This document shows positions 14,545-27,155 of a stretch of DNA of 64,000 bases, piece by piece. Source of the stretch: Eledone cirrhosa (Eukaryota); the NCBI GenBank assembly GCA_964016885.1, contig OZ024754.1, positions 4,650,001 to 4,714,000 of the forward strand. Reading direction: 5' to 3'. Under the pieces are notes generated by a model. The model searched no databases. It was given only the letters and a program-made list of their open reading frames with translations, and was not told the origin of the DNA. Both the position numbers and the translations under genes were made by a program. Each line of letters begins with the position of its first letter. Within the stretch, counting starts at the first letter, position 1.

Positions 14545-14588
14545 TTTACTTTACCGGTTTCACAGCTCTTATGATTTTCAGAAGTAAA
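14545..14588 (-). ncRNA. Minimal type I hammerhead motif (core CUGAAAA, probably decayed)
   Basis: UUUACUU/AAGUAAA stem I, CUGAAAA, weak stem II, GAA, palindromic ACCGGU stem III, GUA site. Confidence 0.6.
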
Positions 14589-14615
14589 ATTGAGATGGAG
14601 GGTTTGTCTTGTAGT

Positions 14616-14666
<51 letters not shown>

Positions 14667-14683
14667 TATATATATATATATAA

Positions 14684-14773
14684 CAACGAGGGTGTGGTAA
14701 GATACCAGGTGGACCATAATACACCAGAGTACTCGAAACTTGGAGCTCAGCCGTCGAGGTCCTGAATCTTTTA
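14684..14773 (-). mobile_element. Rearranged PLE family A fragment
   Basis: GTGGTAAGATACCAGGTGGACCATAA... joined to GAGCTCAGCCGTCGAGGTCC. Confidence 0.7.
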
Positions 14774-14777
14774 ATAT

Positions 14778-14852
<75 letters not shown>

Positions 14853-15054
14853 GTGTGTGTGTGTGTATGTGTGTACTGTCCATCTAACATCATAAATGAT
14901 TCTATATCACGGCAAGAAGTACAAATGGGGGCAATAGTATCAAAGTCCCTTACTCATCAAAAGTCGACTCCCAGAAAAGAAAGGCTTTGAATAGTGTAGC
15001 AATAGTGAGGGCGGTACCCCAGCACGACCCCAAACTCGCCAATTGGAACAAATA

Positions 15055-15168
15055 ATGATTTCTACTTTAAGCACAAGGCCAGCAATTACCCAGTACATTA
15101 CTGGTACTTTATTTTATCGACCCCGTAAAGATGAAGGGCAATGTTAACCTCGGCGGGATTTGAACTCA
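15055..15168 (-). mobile_element. SINE family 1, 3' part
   Basis: Matches the family tail, central domain and B box. Confidence 0.85.
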
Positions 15169-15311
15169 TAATAATAGGGCTTTTCTTCATAGATATGTCG
15201 TAGTTGTGAGTTTGTATATGGGGGCTCGATCTCTGAGTGTGTGTGTAAGTGTGTACACACATATACATATATATATATACACACACACACACACTTACAG
15301 ATATATATATA

Positions 15312-15485
15312 TAGGAAAAGAGTTAGGACCCCGACGGCTGAGCTCCGACCGTTTCGAAGTCAGTTCGGATCTAGCCGCCGAAACGGCTTGAGCTCTGCCG
15401 TCGGGGCCTTGACTATTTTCCTATTACCCACTCTACTACCCTAAGTATCGAGTACTCTGGTCCGTTATGATCCACACTTTCTTTG

Positions 15486-15523
<38 letters not shown>

Positions 15524-15963
15524 CGAAGGAAATGTGGTAAGGAACCAGGTGGACCATAACGCACCAAATTACTCAATACTTAGGGTAGTAGAGTGAGTAA
15601 TATAGGAACAAGTATGAGCCCGACGGCAGAGCTCAAGCCGTCGAAACGGCTTGAGCTCTGCCGTCGGGCTCATACTTGTTCCTATATATATATATATATA
15701 TAACAAAGGAATTGTGGTAAGGAACCAGATGGACCATAACGCACCAGAGTACTCAATACTTAGGGTAGTAGAGTGGGAAATAGGAAAAAGTATGACCCCG
15801 ACGGCAGAGCTCAAGCCGTTTCGACGGCTATTTCTGGACTAAATTAGAATTTTTAGCCTGGTGAATAAAATAGCTATATATTCACCAGGCTAAAAATTCT
15901 AATTTAGTCCAAAAATAGCCGTCGAAACGGCTTGAGCTCTGCCGTCGGGGTCATATTTTTTCC

Positions 15964-15965
<2 letters not shown>
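15312..15965. mobile_element. Three palindromic PLE family A ends in (TA)n (15312-15489, 15522-15685, 15702-15965)
   Basis: Each has GAAACGGCTTGAGCTCTGCCGTCGGG (hammerhead 3' half) inverted against itself, plus the shared tail CACTCTACTACCCTAAGTAT.GAGT... Confidence 0.8.
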
Positions 15966-16017
<52 letters not shown>

Positions 16018-16573
16018 AGTATTATGAATCTGTGTGAACGTGAGTATATACAGAGCACGTGTGTGTGTGAGAGAGATAGAGGAGGTGTGGGACTGAATTG
16101 GGTTATATTTGTTTGGGGGTAAATGCATACGGTTGTGGTGTACTCTAGTATATGTATGTATGGTTGTGGGTATGTGTGTTTGAAACGAATAAGATGGTTA
16201 CGGTGGTGTGGGGGGGTGCTTACGGTGGATGTAGTGTCGGTGGTGGTGGTGGTGATGGAGGGGTGGCAATGTTGGTTTCGGGGTGTGTGTGTGTGTGTGC
16301 TGAAAGGTTGAGGGTTAGATTACACTCGGGGGCATGAGTAACACGGTATAAGGTCGTGTTGATGAGTAATCTACCTGTAAGGTGTGTAAGACGATGACGA
16401 TGAAGTAAGGCGACGATCAAAGGGAGAAAGAGAGGGAGAAACGAAGAAAGAAAGAAAGAAAGAAAGGAAGAAAGATAGAGAGATAGGAAGAGGGGAAAAA
16501 AAGAGAAATATATGAATGGAAAGGGAAACTTTCAAAAAATGAAAGTGAGAAAAATAGAGAGTGCAGGTGAGAG

Positions 16574-16608
<35 letters not shown>

Positions 16609-16770
16609 AGAAGAAGAAGAAAGATGTAAATGAAATGAGGAAATACATTATGTCACAGTTGTTCTGATGACTTCAGAGAGATTCGAAACCAGGATGTGAC
16701 TAACACAAGCTGCCCAATTTTGCTGTAGTGAGCTATCTCGCCGCAGGAGAAATACTATGCCATAACCTTC

Positions 16771-17056
16771 TACCACCACCACCACTACCACCAACACCAC
16801 CACCACCACGACTACCACCACCACCACCACCATCACCACCACTCTACCGCTACCACCAACACCACCACGACTACCACCACCACCACCACCAACACCAACA
16901 CTACCACCACCACCAACACCACCACCACCACTCTACCGCCACCACCACCACCACGACTACCACCACCACCACCACCACCACGACTACCACCACCACCACC
17001 AACACCACGACTACCACCATCACCAACACTCCACCACCCACCACCACCACCACCAC
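16771..17056. repeat. (ACC)n microsatellite
   Basis: Direct inspection. Confidence 0.95.
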
Positions 17057-17181
17057 TCACACACTTTCACTCACACACTTTCTCTATAACACTTCTTTTC
17101 TTCTCTCTCTCTGTATGTGTGTGTGTATATATATATATATATGTATATGTGTGTGTGTGTGTGTGTGTGTATATATGGATA

Positions 17182-17236
<55 letters not shown>

Positions 17237-17253
17237 ATGTGCGTGTGTGTATG

Positions 17254-17284
<31 letters not shown>

Positions 17285-17433
17285 ATGTGTCTGTATATAT
17301 ATGTATATATATGTGTGTGTGTGTATTATGTATATATATGTGCGCGTGTATATATATATATATATATATATACTATAGTGAGCTATCCAGCCGGAGGGAA
17401 AATGCTTTACTATCCTCCCCCACTACACTACAC

Positions 17434-17472
<39 letters not shown>

Positions 17473-17601
17473 CCTCTATATATATATTTCTCTTCCTCTC
17501 TCTCTCTCACATACACGCACACTCTATCTATCTCAGCCACCTCATTCTCTCTCTCTTTCTCACTCTCTCTTTCTCTCCCTCTCTCTCTCTCTCACTCTTT
17601 C

Positions 17602-17661
<60 letters not shown>

Positions 17662-17779
17662 CTTTCTTATCTCTCTCTCTATCACTCTCTTTCCCACTTT
17701 CTGTCTTCCGGTAACCAACTGCCGAGTGTAGTAAATGCATTAGATGAGGAAAAGGATTGCTTTCTGCTGCTGCTGATAC

Positions 17780-17812
<33 letters not shown>

Positions 17813-17894
17813 TATTACTATCGCAAAAAACTACAACCATTGCTATCAGGATTCAAGTTATTATACCGATCACCTTTACACCACTACCATCGCT

Positions 17895-18325
17895 ACTTCG
17901 ATCACTACCCCTACCACTAGAACCACTAATTCGATCACTACCACTGCACTAGAACCACTACTTCGATCACTACCACTACAACCACTACTTCGATCACTAC
18001 CACTGCCACTAGAACCACTACTTCGATCACTACCACTACCACTAGAACCACTACTTCGATCACTACCACTACCACTAGAACCACTACTTCGATCACTACC
18101 ACTACCACTAGAACTACTACTTCGATCACTACCACTACCACTAGAACCACTACTTCGATCACTACCACTAGAACCACTACTTCGATCACTACCACTGCCA
18201 CTAGAACCACTACTTCGATCACTACCACTACCACTAGAACCACTACTTCGATCACTACCACTACCACTAGAACCACTACTTCGATCACTACCCCTACCAC
18301 TAGAACCACTACTTCGATCACTACC
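17895..18325. repeat. 33-bp minisatellite ACCACTAGAACCACTACTTCGATCACTACCACT
   Basis: About 13 units; this explains the PLEPLLRSLPL ORF. Confidence 0.95.
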
Positions 18326-18329
18326 ACCA

Positions 18330-19085
18330 CCACTACCACACTATCACCAACATCAATAATACCATCACCACCATGTCAATCACTAATACCATTAGCTTCA
18401 TCAATAAAAACCATCCTCTCCATACCACCACCGCCACCATCATCACTATTACTACCAACACCATTATCCCTATCAGCAGCACTACCACCATCATCACCAC
18501 TAACATCAACATCATCATCATCACTCTACTACCAACACCATCACCACTACCATCAACATTATCACTATCATCAGCACTGTCACCATCACTAGTATTACCA
18601 CCACCACCACTATCACTATCAGCACCACCACCATCACCACCACCACTACCTCCACCACTATCACTACCATCACCACCACCACTACCTCCACCATTACCAC
18701 TACCATCACCACCACCACTACCTCCACCATTATCACTATCATCACCACCACCACTACCACTACCATCACCTCCACCACTACCACTACCATCACCTCCACC
18801 ACTACCTCCACCATTATCACTACCATCACCTCCACCACTACCTCCACCATTATCACTACCATCACCTCCACCGCTACCTCCACCATTATCACCACCATTA
18901 TCACTACCACCACCACCACTATCACTACCATCACCACTACCACTACTTCAACCATTATCACTACCATCACCACCACCACCACTACCTCCACCATTACCAC
19001 TACCATCACCACCACCGCTACCTCCACCATTATCACTACCATCACCACCACCATCACCACTACCAGCACCACCACCATCACCATA
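18330..19085. repeat. Degenerate ACC/ATC/ACT trinucleotide-based repeat
   Basis: Direct inspection. Confidence 0.9.
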
Positions 19086-19294
19086 ACAGCCACTGCCAAT
19101 CAATGTTCCTTAATTGTTGGCGGTAAGATCAAAGAAAATTATATGCACCTGGAAAAAATCACTTTCTCATATAGATAGGATATGGTGGTGGTGGTGGTGT
19201 GATTGTATTGGCGTGGTCATATATAGCGGTGGTGGTGGTGGTGGTGTGGTAGTAGTGGTAGAGTGGTGGTCATATATAGGTAGAGAGAAAGTAG

Positions 19295-19458
19295 AATAAA
19301 TTGACCCAAGTACGTTACTGGTACTTTATTTTATCGACCCCGTAAGGATAAAAAGCAAAACTAACCCCGGCGGGATTTGAACTCAGAACGTAAAGGGCCA
19401 TAACTCTATGCTGCGTTGCACGTTGTTCGACACTCTACTGATTCTGCCAATCCACCGT
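19295..19458 (-). mobile_element. SINE family 1
   Basis: A/B boxes and central domain on the minus strand. Confidence 0.85.
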
Positions 19459-19705
19459 TCAATAATGATAATGGTTTCTTATATAGAACTAGCGTGTCGA
19501 TAGATAAAGAGTGGAGCAGTGGACACTGTGTTTAGGGGTGCTTGAACACAGGGCCCTGTTTGCCAGGGTGGCCTATCTTCCTGCCAAAAAATGTTTTACC
19601 CCCTTCAGGGCCCAAGTAAAGGGTCTCATAACTTAACTAGCACAGGGCCTCGTCCTAAATCCTGCACTCGCAGTGGTGCAAATATAAAGAAAATAATAGA
19701 ATTAA

Positions 19706-20858
19706 TAAGTTGAGTCGGGAGTTAGAGGATTTGAACACAGAACTAGCGTGTCCATAGAATTAAGTTGAGATGGGAGTTAGAGGATTTGAACACAGAACTA
19801 GCGTGTCCATAGAATTAAGTTGAGTCGGGAGTTAGAGGATTTGAACACAGAACTAGCGTGTCCATAGAATTAAGTTGAGACGGGAGTTAGAGGATTTGAA
19901 CGCAGAACTAGCGTGTCCATAGAATTAAGTTGAGACGGGAGTTAGAGGATTTGAACACAGAACTAGCGTGTCCATAGAATTAAGTTGAGTCGGGAGTTAG
20001 AGGATTTGAACACAGAACTAGCGTGTCCATAGAATTAAGTTGAGACGAGAGTTAGAGGATTTGAACACAGAACTCGCGTGTCCATAGAATTAAGTTGAGT
20101 CGGGAGTTAGAGGATTTGAACACAGAACTAGCGTGTCCATAGAATTAAGTTGAGTCGGGAGTTAAAGGATTTGAACACAGAACTAGCGTGTCCATAGAAT
20201 TAAGTTGAGACGAGAGTTAGAGGATTTGAACACAGAACTCGCGTGTCCATAGAATTAAGTTGAGACGAGAGTTAGAGGATTTGAACACAGAACTAGCGTG
20301 TCCATAGAATTAAGTTGAGACGAGAGTTAGAGGATTTGAACACAGAACTCGCGTGTCCATAGAATTAAGTTGAGTCGGGAGTTAAAGGATTTGAACACAG
20401 AACTAGCGTGTCCATAGAATTAAGTTGAGACGGGAGTTAGAGGATTTGAACACAGAACTAGCGTGTCCATAGAATTAAGTTGAGTCGGGAGTTAGAGGAT
20501 TTGAACACAGAACTAGCGTGTCCATAGAATTAAGTTGAGACGGGAGTTAGAGGATTTGAACACAGAACTAGCGTGTCCATAGAATTAAGTTGAGACGGGA
20601 GTTAGAGGATTTGAACACAGAACTAGCGTGTCCATAGAATTAAGTTGAGACGGGAGTTAGAGGATTTGAACACAGAACTAGCGTGTCCATAGAATTAAGT
20701 TGAGTCGGGAGTTAGAGGATTTGTACACAGAACCATCGAGTTCATAGAATTAATAAGTTGAGACAAGAGTTAGAGGTTTTGAACACAGAACTAGCGTGTC
20801 CATAGAATTAAGTTGAGGCGAGAGTTAGAAGATTTGAACACAGAGCGAGCGTGTCGGT
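19706..20858. repeat. 55-bp minisatellite with one Pol III B-box per unit, ~21 copies
   Basis: Unit AGAACTAGCGTGTCCATAGAATTAAGTTGAG(T/A)CGGGAGTTAGAGGATTTGAACAC; GGATTTGAAC is the reverse complement of GTTCAAATCC. Confidence 0.95.
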
Positions 20859-21225
20859 AGATAAATACTGTAGCAGAGGTGCTAATATAAAGATATAACG
20901 GTTATTCTGCTGACTGTGGAATTGGATCTGTTCCAAGTTTTATCTAACAATGTCAGTGAAAGTCTTTCTTGTCAGCATTAATAACTTCCTCTCAGTTGCT
21001 TAGATTGCGATATTTAGAAGGCATTTTGTAATATCCAGCACACACACACACACACACGTGTGTACATACACACACACAGATATGTATATACGCACGTATG
21101 TACACACACACACCTGTGAGTAAATACACACAATCACACATATGTGTTTATATGCATACACACACACACATACATGCACACACATATGCTCAGACACATA
21201 CACAAACGCATATACACATTCACAC

Positions 21226-21282
<57 letters not shown>

Positions 21283-21408
21283 TCTATGTATCTATGTGTC
21301 TGTTGAATTCAAAGAAAACACAATCACATACATAGCCACACAAGTATATATGTTTGTGTGTGTATATATATATGCATATATGTTTGTGTGTGTATATATA
21401 TATATATG

Positions 21409-21465
<57 letters not shown>

Positions 21466-21609
21466 GGAGAGAGGTTTCTACATTACAGTATTAGCACATC
21501 AGTATTCAACGCCCACGCACTCTCTCCAATATCAACATACCGGGAAATACACAGAATTACGTATGATAATATGTATATTTATAAATAGATGTGTATATAT
21601 ATATATATT

Positions 21610-21850
21610 GTTATACTTTGGGAGGGTCATGTTGCCAATGAGAAACACGCGCACCAGTTTCTTTCACTTCAATTTATTATAAATGAAATTTATAAATTTA
21701 GGAATTTATAAATTTCCGGTTGGTTGGTTCCACAACCAGACGATTGTTCGTATATTGTCAAAGATCTTTCGTCACACATTCTGTGAACTCTTCAGTGACT
21801 GGGGATTCTTTTCTTTGTTTTTGTGCCTCTCCTTTGTTCTGTCCTACGCC
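21610..21850 (-). mobile_element. PLE-like end (family C)
   Basis: Contains the hammerhead at 21757-21799 and ends CATGACCCTCCCAAAGTATAAC+(TA)n, as at 1027-1050. Confidence 0.7.
21757..21799 (-). ncRNA. Type I hammerhead ribozyme motif (family C)
   Basis: GUCA-CUGAAGA-G(U)UCACA GAAUG UGUGAC-GAA-AGAUCU-U-UGAC; all core nucleotides present, CUU site. Confidence 0.75.
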
Positions 21851-21894
21851 ATCTTGTTTTTGTGTGTGTTGTATATATATATATATATATATTT

Positions 21895-22247
21895 AAGTCG
21901 GTGTTTCTAGGGCGGGTAAAATTCCCGAGATCCATGGACGAGTTCTCTCTAGCAGTCTCTGTCCCTCATTATCGCTGCCATGTCCTGCGTCTCCAACAAA
22001 CCAGTGTCTGTCCTTAGGGCATCAACAAACGTTAACCTTGGTCTTCCTCTTCCACTGTGTCCATGTAGGGGCTCCCACAGGAGCACTGAGTGCAGTGTAA
22101 ACCCTGGATGTCGGATGCTGAGGATGGCTCTGAACATTAATCAGTATACACTGAGGATGAAAAACTCAGAGCTGTATGGGAGCCTCTCAAAAGGGACACA
22201 GAGGAGATTGAGGTTAGCTGGACATGGTCACCGACATCCAGAGTTAA
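21895..22247 (-). mobile_element. RTE-X-like LINE 3' fragment with 5' inversion
   Basis: Minus: LLWEPLHGHSGRGRPRLTFVDALRTDTG...MRDRD. Plus (22110-22245): RMLRMALNI...NSELYG...RRLRLAGHGHRHPEL. Both are RTE-clade C-terminal motifs. Confidence 0.85.
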
Positions 22248-22278
22248 CAAATCGGGGTTTTTTCGATATTAAATTGTT

Positions 22279-22346
<68 letters not shown>

Positions 22347-22922
22347 ATGGCTGCCGCCTCGTTATCGAGTATGGTCATTGCACGAGAAGAAAAAAAAATA
22401 TTAATAAATAAATAAAAAATAAAATAAAATTAAAAAAAAGAAATATATATATATATATATATACACACACATACATATACATATATACACATATATATAT
22501 ATATACATACACACATATACATTAATAACAATAATAATAATAATAATAACGACAACAACAACAATAATAATATACATATACATATATATATATACACACA
22601 CGCACACACATAAACATATCTATACACACACACGATAGCAACTAACAGCGCTGCGATCGAATGTGGCTTTTTAGCCCAGCCAATGATCTAAAATATACAT
22701 ACATGCATGCACACACACACACACACACACACACATACATACATACATACATACATACATACATACATACATACATACATACATACATACATACATACAT
22801 ACATACATGATGGCGGCCCCATCGTTATCAAGTATGGCCATTGCACCATATACCATTAATAATTAGTAATTAATTCTATCGTGCAATACCTGTGTATAAA
22901 AATTTTGAACTATGCATACATA

Positions 22923-23254
22923 CATGGTGGCTGCCAACTCGTTTTCGAGTACGGCCACTACTTTATATCCATGTAGGAGAACCCCTACCGATGCGCTGAA
23001 CGAGTGTGTCTTTTTAGTCCAGCCAGCGACTTGAAAACTCTGGTACAAACACTACACTTGTGACAATTATTGACACAGTGCTGGGCCCATGGTACCATGT
23101 GAAGACAAGTGCAGAGAGATCTCCAGATATAAAGCAATGCCTGTGCTGTGAAGCTTTTATAGTGAGCAAAGGCACTGCACAAAGCCAGTCCCACTCTCTT
23201 AACCAAGATGATATTTACCAAAAAGAAGAACAAGTCAACATCATTGGATACCAT
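22923..23254 (-). mobile_element. RTE-clade retroelement 3' fragment with C2H2 remnant and (GTAT)n tail
   Basis: CSVCTRVFKSLAGLKRHTRSAH*; near-identical inverted copy at 31507-31839; related short tails at 22345-22385 and 22808-22850. Confidence 0.75.
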
Positions 23255-23309
23255 ACATACATATATTTGTGTGTATCCCGGGTTAAATCGGGTGTAGGTT
23301 TCTATATTA

Positions 23310-23339
<30 letters not shown>

Positions 23340-23343
<4 letters not shown>

Positions 23344-23413
23344 CAAATAGTGAAAACAATGAAATTAAACAAAATACGGGTGTTCAATTTCATTGACTTC
23401 ACTATTTGTATTA
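23340..23413. repeat. Short inverted repeat next to (TA)n (probable fold-back element end)
   Basis: AATACAAATAGTGAA..CAATGAAATT / AATTTCATTG..TTCACTATTTGTATT. Confidence 0.7.
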
Positions 23414-25123
23414 TTTTGACTCGACTTCCAATGAATTATATCGTTGAAATTTTGTATTTTAAACTTTGCTTCACGACATCTTCTACATAGGGATTACATT
23501 GAGTTCTTCATACGGCTTGAACCCTACCATTAATTGGTGGAGTTATCTGTATATATATATATATATATCATACATACTTACATGTGTGTAGGTGGGTAGG
23601 TATGTATGTGTGTGTGCGCTCGTGCATGTGTGCAAATTTGAAATTAATTTGCTCTTATTATGAAAAGCTGTCATATTTTATAATAACTCTAGCATAGTCG
23701 AATAAATTGGGTAATTTACCGCTGGTGACGATGAAAATATGAACAGAGACTTCAACGTGAATCGCGCCACGCATCTGCTGCATGCTAGACAACTGCGATA
23801 GCCATTTCAATGTACGCTGGGAGGTAACGATAGCCATTATAGTGTAACGATATCACATTCAGCCTGGTCAATCTCTCCGCTCTCAACCATTATACAGTAA
23901 AATACATCCATCTTCTTCTCTGCCCTCACCTTTCTAACAAAGGCGATAACAGTTTAACCAAAAATGAAGATTTCTGTCCTCAAACCTTTTGGAAATGTCC
24001 ATCATACGTCATTTCTTTCGCTAATAGCTGAAGGGTAGTGTAAGACTTACTATGTTTCCTTTCTAAAGGAAGGAAACAGTTCAATTTTTGCTGTAGACCC
24101 GGTGGTAGCTGGATCTATCCTATACATGGTTCTTTTCATTGGCTGATAATACCTTACCAGCGCCACTCGAATAAGGTAATTATTTTACCTATAAATGGGC
24201 TCTAACAGGTACTACTACTCCGGGCCAGAGCAGACCTGGGAGTGATAACAACTAAGGGCTAACTGCACATTCCCCACAGCTCCTGAACTCCTGAACTGGA
24301 GCCTTACCACTGGGTGTCATACCCAGGACATACATGACAGAAGCTATTTGACAGAAGCCCATAAGTGTGCAATGCACGGATAATGGTCTGCAGCGTCGCC
24401 TTTCCTCCATCTCGAACCGGTTCGCCTGTTGGCACTAACCTGTCTATGGGAGATTGGTTCGACCAAGTAATGCCTCTGTCTCTGTCACTAGCACTGCCTT
24501 CCAGCCTGAGAGTCCTCTGGAAATATCGCCTCGGGTTGTTCTTTTCGATAACCGGGTGATGAGGGTGGAAAACATAGCATGGGTAAAACATAATGTCAAA
24601 AGAAGGAGGAAAAAGAGGAGGAGAAGAAGTGAAAATTGAGAACGAGAGAAAGAACGCAAGGAAGGAAGAAAGAAAAAAGAAAGAAAAATAACAAATGAAA
24701 AAACGAAATGGAGAGAAAAGCAGAAGGAAAGGGATAAATGAAATAAGGAATGAGTGCGAGAAAGAAGATACGAAAGAAGGACAGGACAGCAAACGAAAGA
24801 AAAAAATCAAAAAAGAAGGAGCATGAGAAAGGGAGAAAGAAATAAAGAAAAGGAAAAGAGGGGGTGAATAAAAGAAAGAAAGATATAGCGAAGGAAAAAT
24901 GGAAAGAAATGAAGAAAAGGAAAAGAGGGGGTGAATAAAAGAAAGAAAGATATAGCGAAGGAAAAATGGAAAGAAATGAAGAAAGAAGGAAAGTCTATCG
25001 GAAAGTTTGTGGTATGATTCTGTAATGGAAGGAAGTGGATCCTTGAAAGAAATAGGTCAGTTATTGTAAGATATAGGTCACAACTTAATAGATCCAATCT
25101 CAGACAAGTTACACTCACTTTCA

Positions 25124-25198
<75 letters not shown>

Positions 25199-25334
25199 AA
25201 CACATATATATAAACATACATATATATGCATACATACACATACAGAACCATCAACTTCTTTCTCACTCTCACACACAGATGCATACACAGTTACTCACAC
25301 ACACACACACACACACATAACCATCAACTTCTTT

Positions 25335-25389
<55 letters not shown>

Positions 25390-25444
25390 CTATCAACTTC
25401 TTTCTCATTCTTTAACCATTTCCTTCGTACCAGAATAACACGCA

Positions 25445-25502
25445 CATTCCTCTCTCTCTTTTCCCCCTCTCTCTCCCCATCTGTCTTTCTCCCTCTTTCT
25501 CA

Positions 25503-25584
<82 letters not shown>

Positions 25585-25595
25585 CTCTCCTCTCA

Positions 25596-25629
<34 letters not shown>

Positions 25630-25720
25630 GTCCCCCTTTCCCTCTCTTTCCCCATATCTCTCTCTCTTTCCTGATCTCTCTCTTCTCTCCTCTCTCTCTC
25701 TCTCTTCTCTCCTCTCTCTC

Positions 25721-25770
<50 letters not shown>

Positions 25771-25800
25771 TCTCTCCTCTCTCTTCTCTCTCTCTCACCT
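25445..25800. repeat. (CT)n microsatellite
   Basis: Direct inspection. Confidence 0.95.
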
Positions 25801-26436
25801 CTTCCATCATTTTTTTTCTTTCTATTCTATCGGCCGTCATAATCTCCACCACCACATCCACCACTGGTGACTTCCCTTATATATATATATAGTGTGTTGT
25901 GTGTATAGGTATGTATGTGTGTGTATGTAGGTATTTCTGTGTGTGTGTGTGTGTGTGAGGGAGAGGGAGAGCCCAATCTCCTCCAAATCAGACCACCCTA
26001 TCTTTTCCCTCCTATATACTGTACAACTAGAACAACATTACCCAACTTTTATGGGGGTTATTTAGCTGCTATTTCTTGTAAGATAAACGTCCACAAAGAA
26101 GCTACTCTCTTTCTAGCTAATTTATTTATTTATTTTGTTCTTGTTGTTATGAAGTTGTTGTTATTTGGTGCTAGGTCGACTGTGATTGATTAGAGGTGTG
26201 ATCAAAAACATTCCAGCCGACACTATCAGGTTTTCTATTCAAACTTAGTTGTAGCAACAATATGGTTGAGGAAAATACCTGAGAAAGAACGTTCCATATA
26301 ATAAATACAAATACGATAAGGTCTCGTGTATTCTAAGATGAAATAAACGGCTATTTACGGAGATTATCCAAGCAATTACTAGATAAAACTCCCTCTCTCT
26401 AGGAGCAAGAGAGATAACTCCAATAGGATAGGTTTA

Positions 26437-26893
26437 TAAATGACCAAGTAGACCACACACTGGACGGTAAATAACCAGGTAGACCACATACTGGACTGTT
26501 AATGACCAATTGGACCACACACTGGACGGTAAATAACCAGGTAGACCACATACTGGACTGTTAATGACCAGGTAGATGATACTTGACAGTAGATGAACAA
26601 TTAGACCACATACTGGATTGTAAATAACCAATTGGACCACACACTGGACTGTAAATGACCAGGTAGACCGCATACTGGACAGTAAATGACCAATTAGACC
26701 ACGCACTGGTCTGTAAATAACTAATTAGACCACACACTGAACAGTAAATGACCAAGTAGACCACATACTGGACTGTAAATGACCAATTAGACCACATACT
26801 GGATTGTAAATAACCAATTGGACCACACACTGAACAGTAAATGACCAGGTAGACCACATACTGGACTGTAAATGACCAATTAGACCACACACT
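26437..26893. repeat. 31-bp minisatellite AAATGACCAATTAGACCACACACTGGACTGT, ~15 copies
   Basis: Direct inspection. Confidence 0.95.
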
Positions 26894-27136
26894 AAAATGG
26901 TACCGTTTATTGAATGAAATATTGTAGAAATATTAGCTTTACGTAATTGGTTTGGTTCTTAAAACAACTGGGGTCATGAAACATTGAAGGATGTTAAAGT
27001 AGCAAGTTAATGGGTCACAATAATTCAGAAAGGACGATATCAGTAAAATAAACAAACGAACAAGACTAAAAATAAATTAGTCACATCGCCCCCAAAATGA
27101 ATTCATTATGTCGTTGACCTTTGTACAGTGAAACAA

Positions 27137-27155
27137 TGGCGCCATCTAGCAGTGA
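27137..27155 (-). promoter_or_regulatory. Candidate CTCF-type binding site
   Basis: Minus strand TCACTGCTAGATGGCGCCA resembles the CTCF core; motif match only. Confidence 0.4.

Noticed and set aside
16652-16705. CTGATGA...GAAAC hammerhead candidate
   Set aside because: Stem II does not pair and there is no NUH site adjacent to stem I.
19706-20858. 55-bp array as CRISPR or tRNA cluster
   Set aside because: No unique spacers and no cloverleaf; only a B-box fragment.
22985-23060. C2H2 zinc-finger gene
   Set aside because: It is a single finger inside a repeated retroelement 3' end; the second copy is frameshifted.
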